This document shows positions 19,625 through 30,197 of a stretch of DNA of 64,000 nt, one piece after another (positions within the stretch are counted from its first letter, which is position 1; every line of letters begins with the position of its first letter). The position numbers were made by a program, and so were the translations under genes. This DNA comes from Thermodesulfobacteriota bacterium (GTDB lineage Bacteria; Desulfobacterota; Desulfobacteria; Desulfobacterales; C00003060): positions 1 to 64,000 of the forward strand of contig JAXHVD010000008.1 in NCBI GenBank assembly GCA_034189385.1. The letters are read 5' to 3'. Under the pieces are notes generated by a model. It had not been told where the DNA came from, did not search any database, and was given only the letters and a program-made list of their open reading frames with translations.

Positions 19625-19869
19625 TGTCCCATATTGTTCCCTTTAAGCCCCGCTGCGGGGGAATGCTGCCCCATATTGTTTCCCGCAGTGCGATTATTCA
19701 AGAGGAATGGAACAGTTTGTTCCCTTAAAACGCCCCTAATGCTCTAAATTGTTCCCAAATTGATGCTGGAGCCCTGCCTTCATCATGCCACCACGGCGCA
19801 GATTACTGTGTTTTTCCAATTGGTTATCTTCATGACAAAGAGACTTCCACGGGCTGGCACGATTCTGGC
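19625..19869 (+). promoter_or_regulatory. Four candidate enhancer boxes and sigma54 promoter (19855-19869)
   Basis: ...TTGTTCCC-type boxes at 19625, 19667, 19708 and 19740; TGGCACGATTCTGGC. Confidence 0.65.
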
Positions 19870-20295
19870 TTAAGACATTTCCACAACAAACCAGATCTGG
19901 GTCATGTTGCCATGGGCCATGACGATCATCATGTAGCCCTGTTAAGGCGTTGGCCAATACACGGACTGCAGAGTCCTCTCTTTGCGGTCCTTGGCTCTTT
20001 TTTGACACCTACAATACCCTGGAGCGGTAGGTTGAGCACCACCAGAGCAAACCCTGGGGCAACGGGGGGTGATCTTTTCAAATGGCATCAACGTATTTAG
20101 CGGAGGGGGTGATTTGCGGCAAGGATGAGGGACTGCCATAGCGGTTTACATGGCAGATCCACTAACTGGTCAGAGGAGGCAATCATTCATTGAAGGTTTG
20201 AAAGCTGGTCTTAAAAAAATGCAGACAAAAGGCGTGATATGAGAGAGATGGACTTTCCTTGTAGAGGAGGAGTAGAAAACAAAAAGGGAGGAGAA

Positions 20296-21606
20296 ATGAA
20301 AAAAGAGACAGATCTTAGTAGAAGGAAGTTCTTGAAAGGGAGTGTCATCGGGGCCGGTGCCCTGACAGCGGGCTTTGCAGGAGGCCTTGGTGTCCCCGGC
20401 ACCGCCCATGCTTCGCTCCCGGTGTTGCCGCTGCCGTATTGTAAAGACAGTGGCGGCACCCCGACGAACACGCCGAACGCATCGAATCAAACCGTCCTTG
20501 ACCCGGACGACGTGCGGGTCATGACCTGGTGGTATTATTCCTCCCAGGGCAAGGGGTGAATGCAGTCCGTTGTGTCAGGTTTGATGCAAGGATTCAAAGC
20601 GGCATTTGCCAGTGACGGCACGGACTGGGACTTTATTCCCTACGACATGTTAACTTACGGCGGAGGCGGCATTGGCGGTTGGGGCACCCTGTGCGGGATT
20701 GCCAACGGGTGTCCAGCGCTGTGCAATCTCATCGGCCTCCACGGCGCCCTGGGATCAGACATCCTGGGCCACTATTCCAGCACCGAGTGGCCGCCTGCGT
20801 CGCTTGCCGACATTTACTGGGATGATGATCCCACCTACGGCCCTTCGAGCGCCGGCTACAGCGGTATTTGGTCGGCAGCCAAGACGCCCATACCGGATGA
20901 CGAGGTCTTGGCCAAGGTGATCCCTTATTCACCCCTGTGCCACATTTCCATCAGCAAGTGGTGCTATGCGGCAGGCGTCAACTTGGGGAGTCCGAATCCC
21001 TATGGCTTCACGCACAAGAATGATCGCTGCGGCAAGATAGCCGCTGAGATGGCCGGTTATACGGCTGAACTGATCAATTATTACGCTCTTAACGGGGCCT
21101 CGGCAGATCCGTACGCGATCCCAGCGGCAACTGCAGACTGCCTTACCTGTCACTACACAGGGAGCAATCCCAATATAGCTCCCGCCCAGATCACCAAAAT
21201 GGACTGCGCGGAGTGTCATGCGGTCACGCCCGACGCCGTTCATCAAGGCCTGAGGATGATCGTTGAAAGTGTGTGGACAGCAGACGGCTCCGGCACGCCC
21301 AAGAACACCTTTACCTCGGGTGACCCGATTCAGTACAAGGTTCGGTTCCACCTCTTGGGTGCCGGCTTTAGCTTCGTGAAGACCGCTGATTCCAAGGTAA
21401 AAGACAGTGCAGCCGTCAAGATGCTGAAGCTTATCAAGAGTGACACGTTAGTTGCAGCTACCTATGAATGGACGTTTTCTGACACCATCGACCCAACCGA
21501 TGCCCTTGGCACGGCAAAGGTCGTTATGAAATTGAAGTGCTTCGACTATCAAGGTGGCAATCTCCTTGATAAGCAGGAAATGAAGTACAAGTTTACCATC
21601 GTATAA
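20296..21606 (+). CDS. Split-Soret cytochrome c-like (C-GCAxxG-C-C family) selenoprotein with Tat signal (Sec88, TGA 20557-20559)
   Basis: SRRKFLK; two ORFs abut in frame across the TGA; YGGGGIGGWGTLCG, LCHISISKWC, RCG, CLTCH and CAECH; hairpin TTGTGTCA-GGTT-TGATGCAA. Confidence 0.85.
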
Positions 21607-21839
21607 GCGCCTTCCGCAAAGAGCCTTGAGGCTGCAACCGCATGATTTCAGGGGTGGCGGTCGATAACGTGGCTTGCGGAGGGTTCCCATCCCAGCTCCC
21701 GCCCACTGCTTGGGGTGGGGTAAAACAAAGAGGCGTTCACGTGGGGTTGCCGGTTTTTTGGGCAAGGCCGGTGATGTGGTGGAAACAGATAGCGCCAGCG
21801 TTCTCCTGGCTCAGAATCTATGAAAGGAGGTGCATCATT

Positions 21840-23144
21840 ATGGCTGAACAAGCAATAGATCTCGACAAAGTCACAAGAAGCTTCAAAAAGGAGGTCATGG
21901 AAGTCATCCCGGGCGGGGGCAATTTGGATCTGTGCCTCAACTGCGGGACGTGTGCTGCGGGCTGCCCTGCCACGGGTCTTGCAGACATGGACCCCAGGAA
22001 GTTTCTAAGAATGATCCTGCTCGGTCTGCATGAAGAGGCAACCAAGTCGCCCTGGGTATGGATGTGCACCGGGTGCCAGCGTTGCATCTACGCCTGCCCC
22101 ATGGAGATCGACATCCCCAGGCTGGTGTACAACGCGCGGGCCACGTGGCCCCGTGAAGAGCGGCCAAAGGGGATCCTTGGTTCATGTGATATGGCATTGA
22201 GAAATGACAGCGGTAGCGCCATGGGGGCATCTCCTGAGGACTTCACCTTTGTCGTAGAAGATGTGCTCGAAGAGGTGAAGGAGAGCCAGCCCGGCTGGGA
22301 GGAGCTCCAGGCCCCCGTAGATAAAAAGGGCGCCCATTTCTTCTTAAATCAGAATTCCAGGGAACCGGTGACCGAACCGGATGAACTCATCCCCTTGTGG
22401 AGAATCCTGCACGTTGTTGGTGCCGACTGGACATACGGGAGCAAGGGATGGGCTGGAGAGAACTACTGCATGTTCCTTGCCGACGACAAGTCCTGGGAGC
22501 ATGTCACACGGACCAGCATCATGCAGTGTGCAGAACTGGGATGCAAGGTCTACCTCAATACCGAATGAGGGCACGTCACCTTTTCAGTCCTGGAAGGACT
22601 GAGAAAATTCAAGATCCCTTACGATTTTGAAGTAGCGAGTATCTATCAATATTATGCAAAATGGATCCGGGAAGGAAAGCTCAAGGTCAACTCCGACTGG
22701 AACAAGGACCTGAAGCTGAAATTCACGGTGCAGGACCCCTGTCAGATCATTCGCAAGAGCTACGGTGATCCTGTAGCAGAGGACCTGCGTTTTGTGGTCA
22801 AGTCTGTTGTGGGAGAAGAGAATTTTATTGAGATGTGGCCCAACAAGTCGAATAACTTCTGCTGCGGTGGAGGCGGAGGCTTCCTCCAGTCAGGATATGC
22901 CGATGAACGTCGGGCCTATGGCAAGATTAAGTTTGACCAGATCGTGGCGACAGATGCTGATTACTGCGTTGCTGCGTGCCACAACTGTCATGCGCAGATC
23001 CACGATCTGGCCCATCACTTCGAAGGCAAATACCAAACCGTCCATTTGTGGACACTGATCTGTCTCTCCCTGGGGATCCTGGGTCCGAATGAACGTGAGT
23101 ATCTCGGAGACGACTTGAAAGAAGTCAACATGCCGCCCGAGTAG
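21840..23144 (+). CDS. HdrD/HmcF/TmcB-like Fe-S protein with CCG domains, selenoprotein (Sec243, TGA 22566-22568)
   Basis: Two CxxCxxCxxxCP motifs; NTE-U-GH matches the ECGH motif; in frame with QDPC, CCGGGGG and CHNC; hairpin TCAGTCCT-GGA-AGGACTGA. Confidence 0.9.
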
Positions 23145-23161
23145 AAAGGATCCAGGCATTG

Positions 23162-23202
23162 AAGGCGTCCCGCTAACTGGTAGGTGGGACGCCTTTTCTT
23201 TT
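23162..23202 (+). terminator. Rho-independent terminator
   Basis: AAGGCGTCCCGCT...GGTGGGACGCCTT followed by a T tract. Confidence 0.8.
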
Positions 23203-23247
23203 GATCGTAACTCTCTCTGAACGCATGCACGGGCGACCGGCCTCCTT

Positions 23248-23901
23248 TTAGGAGGTCGGTTTTTCCCCTTCAGGAACAGGCCGAAAGTCCGGCTTTTTGC
23301 CCTTAAAAAGGTCCCTGATGAACCCAAAGACCTTCTTGATCCCCCGCCAGATCTTGGGAAGGAGCCAAATCATCAGCAGAATGAAGATGATAACAAGGCC
23401 TACAAAGACCCAAGGATAGTGAAGGGCCGTCCACAGGCCGCCCACCACGGCCACGTCTTCCACCACAGAGGCCGTCCAGTTTGTCACCGGTTCAGGAGAG
23501 GTGTTGATGAGGACCCGTGTCCCGGCCTTGGTGGCGTGGCTTACTGCTGCAAGGCCCCCTCCCATGATGCCTGCGGCCACGGCCACGGCCGGATTCACCT
23601 CACCCACGGCGCCTGCGGCCAAAAGGGCCCCCGCAGGGATGCGGATAAAGGTGTGCAGCGTATCCCAGCCCGTGTCCACGCCCGGGACCTTGTCGGCAAA
23701 AAACTCTACCAGGTACATAACGCCGGCCGCTGCAATCACCAAAGGATTCATGAGGACTTCAAGCCCGGCAGGCAAGACGATGTTTCCGGTCACCCCGAGG
23801 AGTCCCAGGACTAAAATAGCGGCGTAGAGGTTGATCCCGCTTGCCCATGCAGCGCCCATGGTGAGAGACAAGGTTCTTACAAGCTGATCAAAAGGTTCCA
23901 T
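23248..23901 (-). CDS. DUF4126-family membrane protein
   Basis: WASGINLYA, EFFADKVPGVD..WD..HTFIRIP and NTSPEP. Confidence 0.85.
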   Translation of the reverse strand: MEPFDQLVRTLSLTMGAAWASGINLYAAILVLGLLGVTGNIVLPAGLEVLMNPLVIAAAGVMYLVEFFADKVPGVDTGWDTLHTFIRIPAGALLAAGAVGEVNPAVAVAAGIMGGGLAAVSHATKAGTRVLINTSPEPVTNWTASVVEDVAVVGGLWTALHYPWVFVGLVIIFILLMIWLLPKIWRGIKKVFGFIRDLFKGKKPDFRPVPEGEKPTS

Positions 23902-23921
23902 GGTCTTGCCTCCTTATGCCA

Positions 23922-24080
23922 TCACTTCCTGAGGTGCACCCACACGGCGTGGATGATGCCCGGGACGTAGCCCAAGAGGGTGAGGATGCAGTTGATCCAA
24001 AAATGGAGACCGATGCCGACTTTTAAAAAGACTCCCAGGGGCGGGAGAAAGATGGATAGGAGTAAGCGTATGACGTCCAT
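23922..24080 (-). CDS. YqaE/Pmp3-family small membrane protein (absent from ORF track)
   Basis: MDVIRLLLSIFLPPLGVFLKVGIGLHFWINCILTLLGYVPGIIHAVWVHLRK*. Confidence 0.9.
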   Translation of the reverse strand: MDVIRLLLSIFLPPLGVFLKVGIGLHFWINCILTLLGYVPGIIHAVWVHLRK

Positions 24081-24154
24081 GTCACCCCCTTCATGCTCCT
24101 TGGTATCCAGGCAGAGGTTCTTGGGTGAGGGGCTTTTTGCCCCGCGCCATCCTT

Positions 24155-24802
24155 CTATTTGAAGGATGCTAAGAAATCGTCAGCCTCTTTGATCGACTCG
24201 GCTATGTCTTTGATGAGTCTGTCGACTTCCCCTTCAATGTCTTCCACTTCCTCCTTGAGGGCGCCAATGGCCTGGGCATTTAGATTGTGCTTCAGGTACA
24301 AGACATAGTCTTCAAGCTGCTTTAAGACAGGGCCCATCTTTGATTCTGCTTTGACCATGGCCTCGTTCAGGCGGGCGTACCTGGCCTTGGTGTCCTTTAA
24401 GGATTGGGCGCTTTTTGACTTAAAGGTCTCATTTGACATGCCATTGATTTCAGTTTCCCACTCCTTGAAAAGATCGGCAGCAATCTGCTCCACTGTGTTG
24501 ATCCTGCTTTTGACGGCCTGGGCCCTTTTTTCGCAAGATGCATAGTCGTCTCGAAGCCTGTTGTAGAAATTTTCCAGCTCGCCGCCCTTGAATCCGTAAA
24601 GCTCCTTTACCCGGGTCAGGGCGTCCTTGAATTTTTCAGAGGCCCTTTCCTGTTCTGTGCGGGCCTTTTCCACGTTGTCTTTCAGTAAATGCCTCTTTTC
24701 CTTTCCCAGCTTCTCCCAGACAGCATAATAGGTGGTTTGGCATCCGAACGTGATTCCCAGTATCAGGGTGAACAAGAGCACCATGGGAAGACGTCTCGTC
24801 AT
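24155..24802 (-). CDS. DUF2959-family lipoprotein
   Basis: Lipobox FGC; YY..WEKLG.EKR and VLYLKHNLNAQAI. Confidence 0.85.
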   Translation of the reverse strand: MTRRLPMVLLFTLILGITFGCQTTYYAVWEKLGKEKRHLLKDNVEKARTEQERASEKFKDALTRVKELYGFKGGELENFYNRLRDDYASCEKRAQAVKSRINTVEQIAADLFKEWETEINGMSNETFKSKSAQSLKDTKARYARLNEAMVKAESKMGPVLKQLEDYVLYLKHNLNAQAIGALKEEVEDIEGEVDRLIKDIAESIKEADDFLASFK

Positions 24803-24963
24803 AGGACCTCCCTTCAGTAGACCTGTATTCTTTCTGCCACCGTCTAAAGTCAAGAAAATCATGCCGATACCTTATCAAAGGATTGGCATAGGTGCTTTCA
24901 TTTGTCAACCTTTTCGCCCCTCGGCGGCTGGTTGCTAGGTCTTAGCAGGCGATGGAGATGGGA

Positions 24964-24996
24964 AGAGGATTCGGGGGCCGGTGCCCCCGATCCTCT
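24964..24996 (-). terminator. Stem-loop downstream of ferredoxin
   Basis: AGAGGAT-TCGGGGGC-CGGT-GCCCCCGA-TCCTCT; weak U tract. Confidence 0.55.
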
Positions 24997-25056
24997 AGTG
25001 GGGTGACAGGGGGGTGTGGGAAACGGGCTGGACTTGGATTGGCGGTCTCAATACGC

Positions 25057-25245
25057 CTATGTCTCCTCGACGGTAATGGCCTCCTGCTCGCAGACTTCTA
25101 CACAGCTTTCACAGCCAAGGCATTCCTCTGCATTGACTGGCACGGATTTCTCATCTTGCATTTCGTAGACCTCCACAGGGCACACGTCTACGCATTCCCC
25201 ACAGCCTACACACTTTTCACTGTCCACTGTTGGTACAAATGCCAT
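25057..25245 (-). CDS. 2[4Fe-4S] ferredoxin
   Basis: CVGCGECVDVCP and CLGCESCVEVC. Confidence 0.93.
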   Translation of the reverse strand: MAFVPTVDSEKCVGCGECVDVCPVEVYEMQDEKSVPVNAEECLGCESCVEVCEQEAITVEET

Positions 25246-25474
25246 ATGTTACCTCCTTGTAGATCCCTTACAGAACATGATGTCCGAATATCTCACATGG
25301 GCCACGCCCGTTTCGCACAGCCCCCCTTCAGTAAAACCCCTTCCTCTGCATCTGCCCATGCTCCGGGCTACAAACCCCTGGTGCACGATCTTCCAAAAAA
25401 CCGCAGAAACAGGAGGCTCATCCCCATTTTCCTGACCAAGGTGTGTCTTCCCCGTCCACACCCTCTCTGGAAGT

Positions 25475-25717
25475 CTATTTTCGCCTGCAGGCCCCACTGT
25501 CGGAGCATGGTGGCGTTTCACACCGTTCCTGACGACCACAGCACGTTCGGCCCGGCATCTGACCTGTCCCAAAGGAGAAATGGGAGGGGGCAGAAAGGAC
25601 CCGGGTCATTTTCGTGCTGCCACAACTGCCGCAGATAATGTTCTCTTCATCTCCAGAGGCCATGAGGTGCTCGGAGGTACGGCCACATTCATCACATCGA
25701 AATTCGTAAATCGGCAT
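25475..25717 (-). CDS. FmdB-family zinc-ribbon protein
   Basis: MPIYEFRCDECG...CGSCGS...RVLS; Cys-rich tail. Confidence 0.88.
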   Translation of the reverse strand: MPIYEFRCDECGRTSEHLMASGDEENIICGSCGSTKMTRVLSAPSHFSFGTGQMPGRTCCGRQERCETPPCSDSGACRRK

Positions 25718-25902
25718 GCCTTTTTCTCCTTCGTCTCCTCAATCAGGCTGACTGTGAGAAGCTATCCGCCTCTTTGCCGATAAGGGCCTTGAACCGATCC
25801 AATGAATTGATCAAAGCCAGCCCAAAGGTTCAGCCAACTGCATTGGAGATGATCGGCCCTCCCTAAACGGTGGCTATAAGATGCAGCACCCGGCTGCGTC
25901 GG

Positions 25903-26121
25903 TCACGCTCACGAGAAACCGCCTGAGTTGGAACAGGAGGATAGAGATGACGTGCCTTTTCCGCTATCACGGGAACCTGTTGAGCTGAATGTGGAGAGCA
26001 AGGCCTCTGTCTCTTTGTGCCCGCAAGAGGGACAGCAGGCTTGATCTCTGTCGTTCATAGAGAGGCACAAATATTCAAAAACATGGTTGCACTTTTTGCA
26101 CCTGAATTCGTAAATTGGCAT
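25903..26121 (-). CDS. FmdB-family zinc-ribbon protein, possible penultimate Sec (ends at 25909 if the first TGA is a stop)
   Basis: MPIYEFRCKKC...CPSCG...SGGFS-TGA-GCG-TGA followed by a GCAGC-CGGGT-GCTGC hairpin. Confidence 0.8.
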
Positions 26122-26226
26122 TCGTTGAAAAACCTCCGGTGACCTTGATTCGATGGCATCAAGGGTAATGCATACGGAATAAACTCCCGGGCGGGAGACG
26201 TTGTTACCATCTGCGCCGCCCGTGCG

Positions 26227-26577
26227 TTACTCTGGCTTCTTCCTGGCTTCCAGCTCGGCGATCCGTTTGGTGACGCTTTCAAGGGAACTTCTGAGAAACG
26301 CTGCGTCGGCCTGCAGCGACGCCAGTTCCTGTTGGGGGGGCGTCGCTGCACCCGTAAATGGTGCAAAGGGGGCACCGTATCGGTGATAGGGCGTAGCCCA
26401 TCCTCCCCGCCGGCCGCCTCGAAAACCGAGGCCCAACCCTCGGCCAAAGCCGCCACCGTAACCCCGGCCAACGCCAAGATTCATGGCGCCAGGGCCTGCA
26501 TTTCCAACGCAATACCCTTCCCGTCGTCCTGTCATGGGCCCCATTCCTGCAGGACCTGTTCTGTCTCCACCTGGCAT
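26227..26577 (-). CDS. DUF5320-family protein
   Basis: MPGGDRTGP.GMGPMTGR..GYC, Gly/Arg-rich middle, C-terminal coiled coil. Confidence 0.85.
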   Translation of the reverse strand: MPGGDRTGPAGMGPMTGRREGYCVGNAGPGAMNLGVGRGYGGGFGRGLGLGFRGGRRGGWATPYHRYGAPFAPFTGAATPPQQELASLQADAAFLRSSLESVTKRIAELEARKKPE

Positions 26578-26609
26578 AGTACCCTCCTTTTCTTTAACTT
26601 TGCTCTTAG

Positions 26610-26808
26610 ACGGGTTGTTGCCCAAATGCCTTCTCCCTTAGTTCTGAGCCGTTTGTTGATACATCTAAGGCTTGCTCCAGGCGATGCCAAAACTCGCCCT
26701 TCGGGCTCAAACAGTTGACATCGCTGATCTTCCGCTTCGCCAAGATGTATTGGCAAAAAACTGCTCAATGAACCGGTCGAAAGCATTTTGGTTTGGGCAA
26801 CAGCCCGT
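26610..26808. mobile_element. MITE-like element
   Basis: TIRs ACGGGTTGTTGCCCAAA / TTTGGGCAACAGCCCGT with TAG on both flanks. Confidence 0.7.
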
Positions 26809-26856
26809 TAGATCATTGACTCCATGGCCTTTAGGCAGCCGTGGGACTCCTGTCTG

Positions 26857-28020
26857 TTACCCCTTTCGGATCTCTGACAGACTCTCCTGCGTGACAATGA
26901 CATCGACCCCAGCATCGGAAAAGACATATCCAGGGCCCTTACCTTGAAATCCCTTTGGGGAGTAAATGACATCGATGTCCTGTTCGAGTAACCATTCACT
27001 CACTTTGATCCCCTTGCCCTTTGCCTCCTCTGTGAAGGGATTGCGCAGATAGGACTCTGAGAGAAGAAGGCCGTCGTTCACCCCCACAGTGAACAGGTAG
27101 AAGTAGGGGGCCTCGCCAAAGTGTTCTGAGAGGGTTTGCTTATCCGTCTTAAGAGGAATGGCAGAGGTGATTGTCTTTTTTCTTTGAGGCTCATAATGTA
27201 TCAGTATGTGGTCTACCTTGGTCACCTGTTCCCTGATTTCTCTTTCGATGTTACGGCTCCCGGCATCAGCCTTTTCCAAGTCCTTTGCGCTGGTTACAAT
27301 ATCAGCTTCGATAAATTTGAAGGGGCCGGAGTTTCTCCCCCACAGCCCATTAATAGAGATCACCCTAGGGTCCTTCAGGATGATGGTCTTTACGCGGTCC
27401 ATGGTTTCGAAGTCAATAGAGGCGTCTAGAAGTACCCGAACGGCATCCACAAAGATGGTAAAGCCCGCTTTTAGAATGAGGACGACGACCAGCAGTGCTG
27501 CTATCTTGTCCAAGTTGAGGCCGAACCATGCACCGATGAGACTGGCAAGGACCACGGCCGAGGAAAAGGCATCGGTACGAATGTGCTGGGCATCGGCCTG
27601 AAGACTGGGAGACCCCAGTTTTCTTCCCTGCCTCAGTTCGTACGCAGAGAAGACGAAAGTGATGACCATGGTCAAGATGACGCCGCAAATGGCATGGAAA
27701 AGATACTGGGTCTTTACCAGGGGCTCTTCAAAGAAGACGGTGTGCACGATCTCGTAGCCGGCAATAAAGATGAAGACAGAGGAGAGCAAAGAGACCAGAT
27801 TCTCCACCTTATAAAGCCCGTAAGGAAAGCTTTTGGACTTTCTTTTGGAGATCCTAATCCCGGCAAATACCGTGGCCGACGAAATGACATCGGCCGAGGA
27901 ATGGATGGCATCTGCAATAAGGGCCACTGATCCTGAGAGGAAACCCAACAGGCCCTTCATGGCCACGAGAATAAGGTTGACTCCTATAGAGTAGGCCCCA
28001 ATTCTTTCACTTTGTTCCAT
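26857..28020 (-). CDS. Cation diffusion facilitator fused to a NifB/NifX domain
   Basis: SVALIADAIHS..D, FPYG..KVE, ADAQH.RTD; C-terminal SEHFGEAPYF. Confidence 0.9.
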   Translation of the reverse strand: MEQSERIGAYSIGVNLILVAMKGLLGFLSGSVALIADAIHSSADVISSATVFAGIRISKRKSKSFPYGLYKVENLVSLLSSVFIFIAGYEIVHTVFFEEPLVKTQYLFHAICGVILTMVITFVFSAYELRQGRKLGSPSLQADAQHIRTDAFSSAVVLASLIGAWFGLNLDKIAALLVVVLILKAGFTIFVDAVRVLLDASIDFETMDRVKTIILKDPRVISINGLWGRNSGPFKFIEADIVTSAKDLEKADAGSRNIEREIREQVTKVDHILIHYEPQRKKTITSAIPLKTDKQTLSEHFGEAPYFYLFTVGVNDGLLLSESYLRNPFTEEAKGKGIKVSEWLLEQDIDVIYSPKGFQGKGPGYVFSDAGVDVIVTQESLSEIRKG

Positions 28021-28126
28021 ACTGGTTAAGACCCCGGAAGAGGGCAACTCGTATAAGGTGGATCCTATTGCCTCTGGCGGTCTCCCTGGAGGCTCCGGTC
28101 CTGGTTTTGCCGAAAGCGAGGGGCTG

Positions 28127-28723
28127 CTAGAGAAAGTCTCTTATCATGCCGACAGGGAGGCCAATGACAAGTCGATCTCTCCCGATGGCTCCGTATTTTC
28201 GGGAATCGGGGCAACCAAAGGACAGGCAAATTCGTTTGGTCCTGTGTACCTTAGCCACGACGCTTCCACATACGGCCATCACACTGGAGGCGGCTATATC
28301 AAGATCGGTACCCTTGACTTGTTGCCATAGACGAAGGAGCCTCATGGCGGCCTCTGGTTGGGTATAAGATATAGCGATGTCCGGAGAGTCGGTGTTTCCT
28401 ATGGTGACAGAGACGGCAGGTTCTAGATGGGGCGTATTGGCAACGAGCTTTTGTGCCACATCAGGGTCGGTGCCCGAGGCCTCCGCTATTTTGTGTGCGA
28501 GGCTGTCATCCAGATCAGTCGCCCAGCCAAGGCTCCTTAGGGCCCCGGGACAAGAGATAAGGTCTTTGGTCAAGACAATGGGTCGGGTGTAGGACTCTTT
28601 TATCGCTTCACAGAGCCGCATCTTTCTCTTTGCCAAGTCTTCTTTGACGGGATCGTTTCCGTTAAAGGTGATCCCTGTCCAACGTCCGCCAATTTTTTCC
28701 TCAAGTAGTTTTAGTTCCTCCAT
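28127..28723 (-). CDS. DUF169-family protein
   Basis: LC......SCPGA...LG; AVCG....SFGC.DSR.YG. Confidence 0.7.
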   Translation of the reverse strand: MEELKLLEEKIGGRWTGITFNGNDPVKEDLAKRKMRLCEAIKESYTRPIVLTKDLISCPGALRSLGWATDLDDSLAHKIAEASGTDPDVAQKLVANTPHLEPAVSVTIGNTDSPDIAISYTQPEAAMRLLRLWQQVKGTDLDIAASSVMAVCGSVVAKVHRTKRICLSFGCPDSRKYGAIGRDRLVIGLPVGMIRDFL

Positions 28724-28855
28724 TTGAAAATGTCCTTCTGTCCAAAAGCAGCAATATTCACCCGAAGAGAGCTTCTTTTAGAGATGGTTTTTTCCCTGCA
28801 TCTTCGTTTCATGGTTTGCCGAACGGTTAAGAAAAGGTGAAAGGCTGGCCGCGCG

Positions 28856-29527
28856 CTAGGGCTTTTTCTTCTCAAGCTCTTTGATTCGCGACTGGATCTC
28901 GTCCATCTGTGCACGCAACAGCTTGGCCTGTTCCTTGAGGTCTGCAAGGTCTTGTTTGCCTGTAACCCCACTGGAAGGTGGGTCTGTCAATGAGGTGGAC
29001 TGCATAGGGCCCATACCGCGACCGCACCCTATGCCACGGCCGCATCCTCTCCCTCGTCCTCCTCCCATGCCTCTGCCCCCGCCTCCTCCCATGCCGCGAC
29101 CTGTCCCAAAACCCGTGGCAGGGATCTGGCGGTTATCTGGAGATGGAGGCCCAGGCGGGAGGCTGCCCATGCCGAAATGATTCTCTACATTGGGTTTTTG
29201 GGCTGGTTTCAGGTGGCCCTCCTTGTATTGCTGGGCGGCATCACGCACCGTTCCCGCAACACCGGTGATCACCTCAAGACCCACCTCTGAAAGGACCTCG
29301 TAGGCGTTGGGGCCAACATTTCCTGTGAGCACGGCCTTTACTCCTTGGTCCACAACAACCTTGGCTGATTGTATTCCGGCTCCACCTTGTTGGCCAATGC
29401 TCGCATTGTCCAACGCCTCAAAGCTCATGTCATCCAAATCCACAATCAAAAAGCATTGACACCTCCCGAATCGAGGATCAACTGCTGAGTCAAGGGTTGG
29501 TCCCGTTGACGATACCGCTACTTTCAT
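28856..29527 (-). CDS. NifB/NifX-family (Orange-protein-like) protein with Gly/Arg-rich tail and coiled coil
   Basis: MKVAVSS...VDPRFGRC..F, GGAGIQSA and TGNVGPNA. Confidence 0.88.
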   Translation of the reverse strand: MKVAVSSTGPTLDSAVDPRFGRCQCFLIVDLDDMSFEALDNASIGQQGGAGIQSAKVVVDQGVKAVLTGNVGPNAYEVLSEVGLEVITGVAGTVRDAAQQYKEGHLKPAQKPNVENHFGMGSLPPGPPSPDNRQIPATGFGTGRGMGGGGGRGMGGGRGRGCGRGIGCGRGMGPMQSTSLTDPPSSGVTGKQDLADLKEQAKLLRAQMDEIQSRIKELEKKKP

Positions 29528-29550
29528 TACACATGTCTCCTTAATGTTTC

Positions 29551-29970
29551 TTAGTTGATTTCCTCCACGTTCTTGCCTGCATTGGGCCCGGGACTGGTGA
29601 CAAAGATGTCTGTAATCTTCACCACAACAGCCGATTTGGGCGTCAAATCAGGCTTTTCCTCCTTCACCATGGCAACGGCCATGTCGTAGATTTTGCCGGA
29701 GGTTTCGATCCTGGGCTCTCCCTTGAACTGATAGCCTTTTCTGGGCTTCACATCCCAGTCCCATACAGAGATCGCCATGATAGGATTCTGCTGAATGTTT
29801 TCAAAGGTCTTCTTCATGAAGATGTCAGCCAGCATGATCTCATCATCTGACAGGATCTTGACAAAATGAATAGGGACCACATTAGGGATGCCTTCTTTGG
29901 TACATGTTGCTATGGAGTACCCCCTGGTCTTTTCCATCACGTCCTTCATGTCTTGCGTCAGTTTGGCCAC
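29551..29970 (-). CDS. Pyridoxamine 5'-phosphate oxidase-like FMN-binding protein
   Basis: ATC.KEG.PNVVP, D.FM.KT..N...NP, GYQFKG and SPGP.AGK. Confidence 0.85.
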   Translation of the reverse strand: MAKLTQDMKDVMEKTRGYSIATCTKEGIPNVVPIHFVKILSDDEIMLADIFMKKTFENIQQNPIMAISVWDWDVKPRKGYQFKGEPRIETSGKIYDMAVAMVKEEKPDLTPKSAVVVKITDIFVTSPGPNAGKNVEEIN

Positions 29971-30197
29971 TGTTTGCCTCCTTTCTCCTTTTCGTTATTC
30001 TCCTGTGGCAAGGCCAGACAATCTCCTCGCCCCCAGTCTGATGGAGCATGTCCAAGCTCCTTCCCTCTACCGTTAGAGGCCTGGACGCTGCCACAAAGGC
30101 GCCTTCCCTTTGAAATGGCGTCTCTGGGCAAGCACTAAGTGCCCAATTTCCCAATCAACAAGAGGGCAGCCTTGATGTTGACTATGGCCTGGTGGGC

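Noticed and set aside
19613..19685. 42-bp-period direct repeat as a mini-array
   Set aside because: Only two units, better explained as duplicated activator binding boxes.
29020..29110. Low-complexity GGM/GRG repeats
   Set aside because: Ordinary Gly/Arg-rich coding tail of NifX/DUF5320-type proteins.
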